A stretch of 64,000 bases of DNA from Candidatus Chisholmbacteria bacterium (lineage in GTDB: Bacteria > Patescibacteriota > Microgenomatia > UBA1400 > Chisholmbacteraceae): assembly GCA_963704905.1 (NCBI GenBank), contig CAVPHZ010000002.1, positions 292,537-356,536 of the forward strand, written 5' to 3'. Positions 59,499 to 64,000 of the stretch are shown here, one piece after another. Numbering within the stretch: position 1 is the first letter of the stretch; each line of letters starts with the position of its first letter. The translations under genes and the position numbers were made by a program. The notes under the pieces are model-generated. The model saw only the letters and a program-made list of their open reading frames with translations, had not been told where the DNA came from and made no database searches.

Positions 59499-60167
59499 TT
59501 AGTCATTTGAAAAAGCAGAGCGAATCTCATTCAAAACAGTAACAGCCCCGTTCCCATTGACCCAATCTATTGCTCCTGAATTAACGCTCACCAAACGACC
59601 TGTCTGGTCTTCTCTGAGTTGGTGTTCCCAATAATTGATCTGACGCGCCCAATAGTCGGAATCAATATGCATCTCATTTTGACGCTCAGGACTCTGAGAT
59701 GCCCGGGAAACAATTCTGCCAATCAGAGTATCCAGATTAACTGACATAACCAGTGTAATTTCTGGTTCAATGATCGTTCCAACCAGAGCTTGATATGTTC
59801 TTTCATACAATTCAAAATCGTCATCACTCATAATCCCCTGTTCGTGTGCGAGAACCGCATACATTCGGTGGCCGGCAGGAGGAACATCCCAAACCGCACC
59901 TCGAAAATCTGATCCGATCGTAGTCTTCCCTTGTTCGACGGAGGCAAGGAGAAAATGAAGCTGGGAGTGATACGCCCATTTAGACGGAAGCGAACTATTG
60001 TGAATATCTTTGTAGTATCGATCCAGGTACGGATTGTCTTCAGGAAGTTCCAAATACGTCCGAAAACCAAGGAGCCTCCCCAGCTCACGCGTAAGGGAAG
60101 TTTTTCCTGAACCGGTTGGACCTACAACACCGATTGTTAATTCCCGCTCATTAAATGCTATTCCCAT
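59499..60167 (-). CDS. Deoxynucleoside kinase family (dCK/dGK-like), divergent
   Basis: GPTGSGKTSL, E.P..NPYL..YY.D, WAY.SQL.FL, RI..R...E. Confidence 0.8.
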   Translation of the reverse strand: MGIAFNERELTIGVVGPTGSGKTSLTRELGRLLGFRTYLELPEDNPYLDRYYKDIHNSSLPSKWAYHSQLHFLLASVEQGKTTIGSDFRGAVWDVPPAGHRMYAVLAHEQGIMSDDDFELYERTYQALVGTIIEPEITLVMSVNLDTLIGRIVSRASQSPERQNEMHIDSDYWARQINYWEHQLREDQTGRLVSVNSGAIDWVNGNGAVTVLNEIRSAFSND

Positions 60168-60634
60168 AATCAGTTTTTTAGAAAAAGCAAGCTATTTTCA
60201 CAAATAATGCCAGACAGCCTTCGGCTCGAAAGTGTCTCAACCTCCCTTTCTGAATATAGTCAATCATCCCATCCCGGTTCCACATTCAACCAATCACAAT
60301 AGGTACCCACTCCCAAGCTTTCCATAGCAAAAAAGATGCCGTTTTGATTTAAACTGAAGATGACCCTCAGTAACTGTAAAAGCATCGTGAACCACAACAG
60401 AGTTTTCAGAAAAAAAGACGATCTGTCGACAAGAACCTCTTGAATATAAACAAAAAATGCAAGAACTACGACCTCTCCTCATGATGCGTTTCCTTATTTA
60501 AAAATCAACTAGTAACTCTGAGCAGAAAGATCCTCTCGAAAAGTTATCTGTGAAATACATTAGTACAATCCACGCGACAAGGTCAATAACTGATTTTGAA
60601 TATGAAATCACACAAAGAAGAAAATACGCAGAGT

Positions 60635-62212
60635 TTAAGCAGGATCTTGGGAGTATCCACCTCCGCGAACAATGGCTTCTTCAGCCTTTTGAAGTTCAAT
60701 CCCAATATACATGATGTGTCCAGGGTCCCGCAGATAACCCCAGTCGGTGATCTGCCAGGCGACTTCTTGAGATGTACGGCCCTCAAATATTTTAATCGGT
60801 GCACCACCATCCGGTGCAAACATGGTTGCTCGAATAAGCTTTCCCGCATTCCGTCCCCGCTTCGGTATCCGTTTCAGTGTTTGTGAAACTGCATATGGAA
60901 CCGCCTCATTTTCGTATCGCGAAGAAAAATCAGCCCACACCATTGCATCTTTACGACTGATAACTTCAACCACCACATTCCCTCTCGGATCAAAGTTAAA
61001 ATGAACCGCTGGGGTATACCCAAGCTCCTTCTCATAATGTTTCATGATCAGCTCTTCAACTAAGAGAAAATCATCACTATAGATATGCGCACTGTGGGTG
61101 ATGATGCTCAGTGGACCAAGTGGATAGCCAGTTTCATGAGAAATTTCGTACTGAAGTTTGCGCAGCGCAAAGGCATTCCTTGGCCATCCATGCACCATAT
61201 CCTGGCTGCGAAAATGAGCTGTTAAGTGAAATTTATTTCCATAAATACTGCCGTTGAGTTGGGTCAAGCACGGTGTGTCACCTTTATGCACAGCTCCCCA
61301 ATCCCGTTTGACATCGACAGTGAAGGCTGCCATTTTCTTCGATGCTGGCCGTTTTTTTATCAGTTCCTTAATCTTTTCAATCTGATCAACGCCGAGCTCC
61401 TTACGCAACCTCCGTCCATAGTTGTACGCAACTCCAGGAATCTTTCGGTCAGTCAAAAGTTCAGCATAATACGCTTCCAACTCTATACGACTAAACGGTA
61501 AATACTGAGGAAAATAAATCTCATCCGGATCTTCATCAGTGACCACCGAAGTAAGATTAAGCACCTCTCGAATCTCGTTATCCTTACTGTAACGCGTATG
61601 CTTTGGCATACCATACTTATAAACTTCATTGAGAATCTTCAGCCAAGTCTTAGCTACTGAGGTTGCTGAAACCCGAAACCCAACTGTTTCACTCGGCAGC
61701 ACAGAAAACTTCGGTTGCGCTTTGGGAAACGTTTTCGGTTTTCGAGCAAACGGAACAGATTTTTCCGATGAAAGAACTTTAACAGTTTCTATCAGCACAT
61801 CCTTATTCCTTCCCCTAAGATCAACAACCTGAACCTTCTTACGAAATAGCTCAATCGCCACATCAGTAATTTCTTCTTCGATCTCCCCTCGTCCTTTCTT
61901 TATAGACCGATCCTTGTTTACTCCTTCCTGTATAAACATCAGTAGTGAGTGCCCTGAAAGGCTCATCTCCGAACCCCACAACACGATCGTCCTCAGTGCA
62001 GGATTGGCAAAAATGTTTCGCATCATTGCGTTAATTCCTTGTGCGCTGTAGAGGTTTCCAATCAGGTTGTACTTTGTTCCGGATAAAATTTTCTTCACTA
62101 CTTGGCGTTCAGTCCATAAGCAACACACCCCAACATGATGATCAGGATCATTGACCAGCAGAATATCTTTGTAGTAAAGCGGCCAGCCTCGCGTCCGTAC
62201 ACTCATAGGCAT
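60635..62212 (-). CDS. thyA: Thymidylate synthase (archaeal-like ThyA core) fused to an N-terminal MtrA-like and a C-terminal DUF4346-like domain
   Basis: Y.YG.RL, PC, FRSQD...GWPRN, SAHIY. N-term GV.CLWT..GNLYS..GI....RN..ANP; C-term H..Y.G.EL.KAE......Y.QD. Confidence 0.8.
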   Translation of the reverse strand: MPMSVRTRGWPLYYKDILLVNDPDHHVGVCCLWTERQVVKKILSGTKYNLIGNLYSAQGINAMMRNIFANPALRTIVLWGSEMSLSGHSLLMFIQEGVNKDRSIKKGRGEIEEEITDVAIELFRKKVQVVDLRGRNKDVLIETVKVLSSEKSVPFARKPKTFPKAQPKFSVLPSETVGFRVSATSVAKTWLKILNEVYKYGMPKHTRYSKDNEIREVLNLTSVVTDEDPDEIYFPQYLPFSRIELEAYYAELLTDRKIPGVAYNYGRRLRKELGVDQIEKIKELIKKRPASKKMAAFTVDVKRDWGAVHKGDTPCLTQLNGSIYGNKFHLTAHFRSQDMVHGWPRNAFALRKLQYEISHETGYPLGPLSIITHSAHIYSDDFLLVEELIMKHYEKELGYTPAVHFNFDPRGNVVVEVISRKDAMVWADFSSRYENEAVPYAVSQTLKRIPKRGRNAGKLIRATMFAPDGGAPIKIFEGRTSQEVAWQITDWGYLRDPGHIMYIGIELQKAEEAIVRGGGYSQDPA

Positions 62213-62260
62213 GAAATTATCATAAGTGATTGAAAAATGACAAGTTGATTTGGCAGAATT

Positions 62261-62788
62261 CTAATCTATACCAAGATGCGATGGGGTAAACGGACGAGGC
62301 ATAAGCGTTTTAAGAGAAGTAGTATGCTGGAGTTTCCCTTCCAAATCAAAAACTAAGATTAACGCATTATCACAGTGCTCAATGATATGCTGCAAACAAA
62401 TTCCGCATGGACCTGACCAGTTATCTCCCCCACCTTCCTCATGTGCAACTGCAACTGCTTTTACAAACTTCCTACCGCTTTTTATATGTTCATCATCATC
62501 CATAGCTCTCCACACAGCTTTGTTTTCGGCATGACCGCTCCCATCCCAAACAACCACCTCAGCATTAAATGACCCATACATTTCTCCTGAATCGCAGAGA
62601 ACGGCAGCACCGACAGGGTATCCAGAGTATTCCTTATACGCGCTCCCGGCCTTCTTCACAGCTATCTCACCCATTTCCATCACTGTATCATCACCAATTT
62701 CAAGAACCTGCTGTGTAATCCACTCTCGCTCAGCCTCAACCTCCTCTGGACTTATAACCCAAATAGTTTGTAGAACCTCTGTTTTCAT
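62261..62788 (-). CDS. cdd: Cytidine deaminase
   Basis: AY..YS.Y.VGAA, HAE, PCG.C.Q, L.P..F.P..L. Confidence 0.88.
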   Translation of the reverse strand: MKTEVLQTIWVISPEEVEAEREWITQQVLEIGDDTVMEMGEIAVKKAGSAYKEYSGYPVGAAVLCDSGEMYGSFNAEVVVWDGSGHAENKAVWRAMDDDEHIKSGRKFVKAVAVAHEEGGGDNWSGPCGICLQHIIEHCDNALILVFDLEGKLQHTTSLKTLMPRPFTPSHLGID

Positions 62789-63342
62789 TTCCCAAAATCC
62801 TTCCAGATCTTACTTGCTGTTGGAGGTTCTTGATCCTGATATTTACTCCCCCGCTTTCCATACGGTTTTTTAACAGGTGAGCTAACAGTTGAAAACGAAA
62901 TCTGTGCCACCCGCATTCCCGCATAGAGTTTGATGGGAAGATTAGAAAGGTTAGTCATCTCAAAGGTAAGATGCCCCTCAAATCCTGGGGGGATATGTGA
63001 AGCAGTTGCATGCACAATCAAACCCAAACGTCCTAGAGAAGACCGTCCCTCTAAAATTCCAACCAAATCATCCGGTAGTCCAATTCGCTCAAACGTGCTC
63101 GCCAAAACAAATTCCCGTGGATGGATAACAAACGGCGCACCTTCCTTAACTTTCACCAATTCAGTCACGTCAAACTCCTTGCTGACATCAACATGAGTTA
63201 CAGAGGACTTGTGAAACACACGGAAATTTCGGTGCAAGCGCAGATCATACGATGCCGGCTCAAGATGCTTTGGCTCAAACGGCGTAATGACGATCTTACC
63301 TATTTTAATTCGCTTCAATATATCGGTATCGGAAAGATACAT
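62785..63342 (-). CDS. dcd: dCTP deaminase
   Basis: LSD.DI, PASYDLRL, GRSSLGRLGL..H.TA, PGF.G..T.E, SKY. Confidence 0.93.
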   Translation of the reverse strand: MYLSDTDILKRIKIGKIVITPFEPKHLEPASYDLRLHRNFRVFHKSSVTHVDVSKEFDVTELVKVKEGAPFVIHPREFVLASTFERIGLPDDLVGILEGRSSLGRLGLIVHATASHIPPGFEGHLTFEMTNLSNLPIKLYAGMRVAQISFSTVSSPVKKPYGKRGSKYQDQEPPTASKIWKDFGK

Positions 63343-63389
63343 AGATGTGATACTTAGGATACCATGATGATCAACATAGAGTTGAAAAA

Positions 63390-63971
63390 TTAATTTTGAA
63401 GTTGACGGTCTTCAATTTGATCATAAATTGATATGGGGAGATCAGCCAAAACATAACGCTCGTTCTCAAATTCAGCTGATTCAAGTAAATTCCCAAGATC
63501 ATCAAACCGATGCGCTACAAAATGATTACCCTCAAGAAATAGATCCACAGCTACGGAATTCTTCTGATTAGTATCAGAGTGAATTAACAAAACTCCTACC
63601 ATCTCACTGACTCGGATTGATTGCTCTGGAGTTTCATTCCCATCTTCTTCTTGGAATCTAAAAGGCACAGAGCGAGCTTCTGGCTGACCATGCTCATCTA
63701 GAAACTGTATCCGGTATGGTCTTCCATTGTAGAGCACCGGTCCTATTTGACGAGATCCTTTCGACTTTCCTGCCGGAGGTGCAGTACTTTCCTCCTCCTG
63801 ATTATCCGTATTGTTAGGCAATCCACTTCTGGTTGTGCCAATAATAGTAATTTTGGAAGGTTCACCCTCATGAAGGTTATGTATGGTCCATCCAAGTTTC
63901 AATTCCGCTGGAAGCTCCTCAGCCAACTGTACAGCGCCTTCATTGCCGACTGTTGTAATCTCTTTGGTCAT
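63390..63971 (-). CDS. Hypothetical acidic protein
   Basis: 193-aa ORF with no recognisable motif. A T-tract lies just upstream of its start. Confidence 0.6.
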   Translation of the reverse strand: MTKEITTVGNEGAVQLAEELPAELKLGWTIHNLHEGEPSKITIIGTTRSGLPNNTDNQEEESTAPPAGKSKGSRQIGPVLYNGRPYRIQFLDEHGQPEARSVPFRFQEEDGNETPEQSIRVSEMVGVLLIHSDTNQKNSVAVDLFLEGNHFVAHRFDDLGNLLESAEFENERYVLADLPISIYDQIEDRQLQN

Positions 63972-64000
63972 ACGTATGCAAAAAAATAAACAGCTCTCCA

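Noticed and set aside
60168-60634. About 460-bp gap with small ORFs and a hairpin near 60232-60257
   Set aside because: The ORFs lack motifs or a clear RBS, and the hairpin is short with no U-tract. Nothing supportable.
60635-62212. Phage-like dCMP hydroxymethylase / modified-base pathway
   Set aside because: The specificity residue is Asn (dUMP), and no phage or hypermodification genes are nearby.
1-64000. CRISPR arrays, IS elements, rRNA, and the many antisense/overlapping ORFs in the track
   Set aside because: No repeat-spacer arrays, transposases or rRNA signatures were seen by eye. The shadow ORFs overlap well-supported genes and lack motifs.
1-64000. Alternative genetic code 25 (UGA=Gly)
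   Set aside because: Conserved genes end correctly at TGA (e.g. recR, punA, ctpA) and are uninterrupted under code 11.

Overview
Bacterial chromosomal segment (roughly 42-43% GC by eye), most consistent with a Patescibacteria/CPR (Microgenomates-like) genome. This is inferred from compact operons, shortened housekeeping proteins (RF1, EF-Ts, ProRS without editing domain), an Arg-tipped EF-P and the reduced rpsB-tsf-frr-rseP-proS order. It carries housekeeping genes (lspA, lgt, efp, tRNA-Leu(CAA), dnaB, hisS, rpmE, prfA, htrA, ctpA, rpsF-ssb-rpsR, ychF, cysS, recR, dnaX, ybeY, rpsU, proS). It also carries an unusually dense nucleotide salvage/interconversion complement: SLOG, two NDT-RHH fusions, two thymidine kinases, a UPRTase-like protein, ahcY, adenosine kinase, folD, glyA, guaA, two IMPDH-family genes, add, xpt, PNP, tmk, dNK, fused ThyA, cdd and dcd. 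Top observations: (1) a near-leaderless poly-Cys leader peptide with terminator/antiterminator upstream of cysS; (2) a repeated promoter-short leader-intrinsic terminator-gene architecture in the nucleotide cluster, including a two-state leader with a uORF before xpt-add-guaB-guaA; (3) an 835-aa protein with a degenerate Nudix domain and a RelA/SpoT-synthetase-like domain next to a dimetal HD hydrolase; (4) paired NDT/DNPH1-ribbon-helix-helix proteins that may be nucleotide-sensing regulators; (5) an unannotated structured RNA at about 37.73-37.83 kb. No CRISPR, rRNA or mobile element was seen. Two genes (lgt and an alpha/beta hydrolase) are split by single-base indels. All calls come from motif recognition only; no searches or folding were run.
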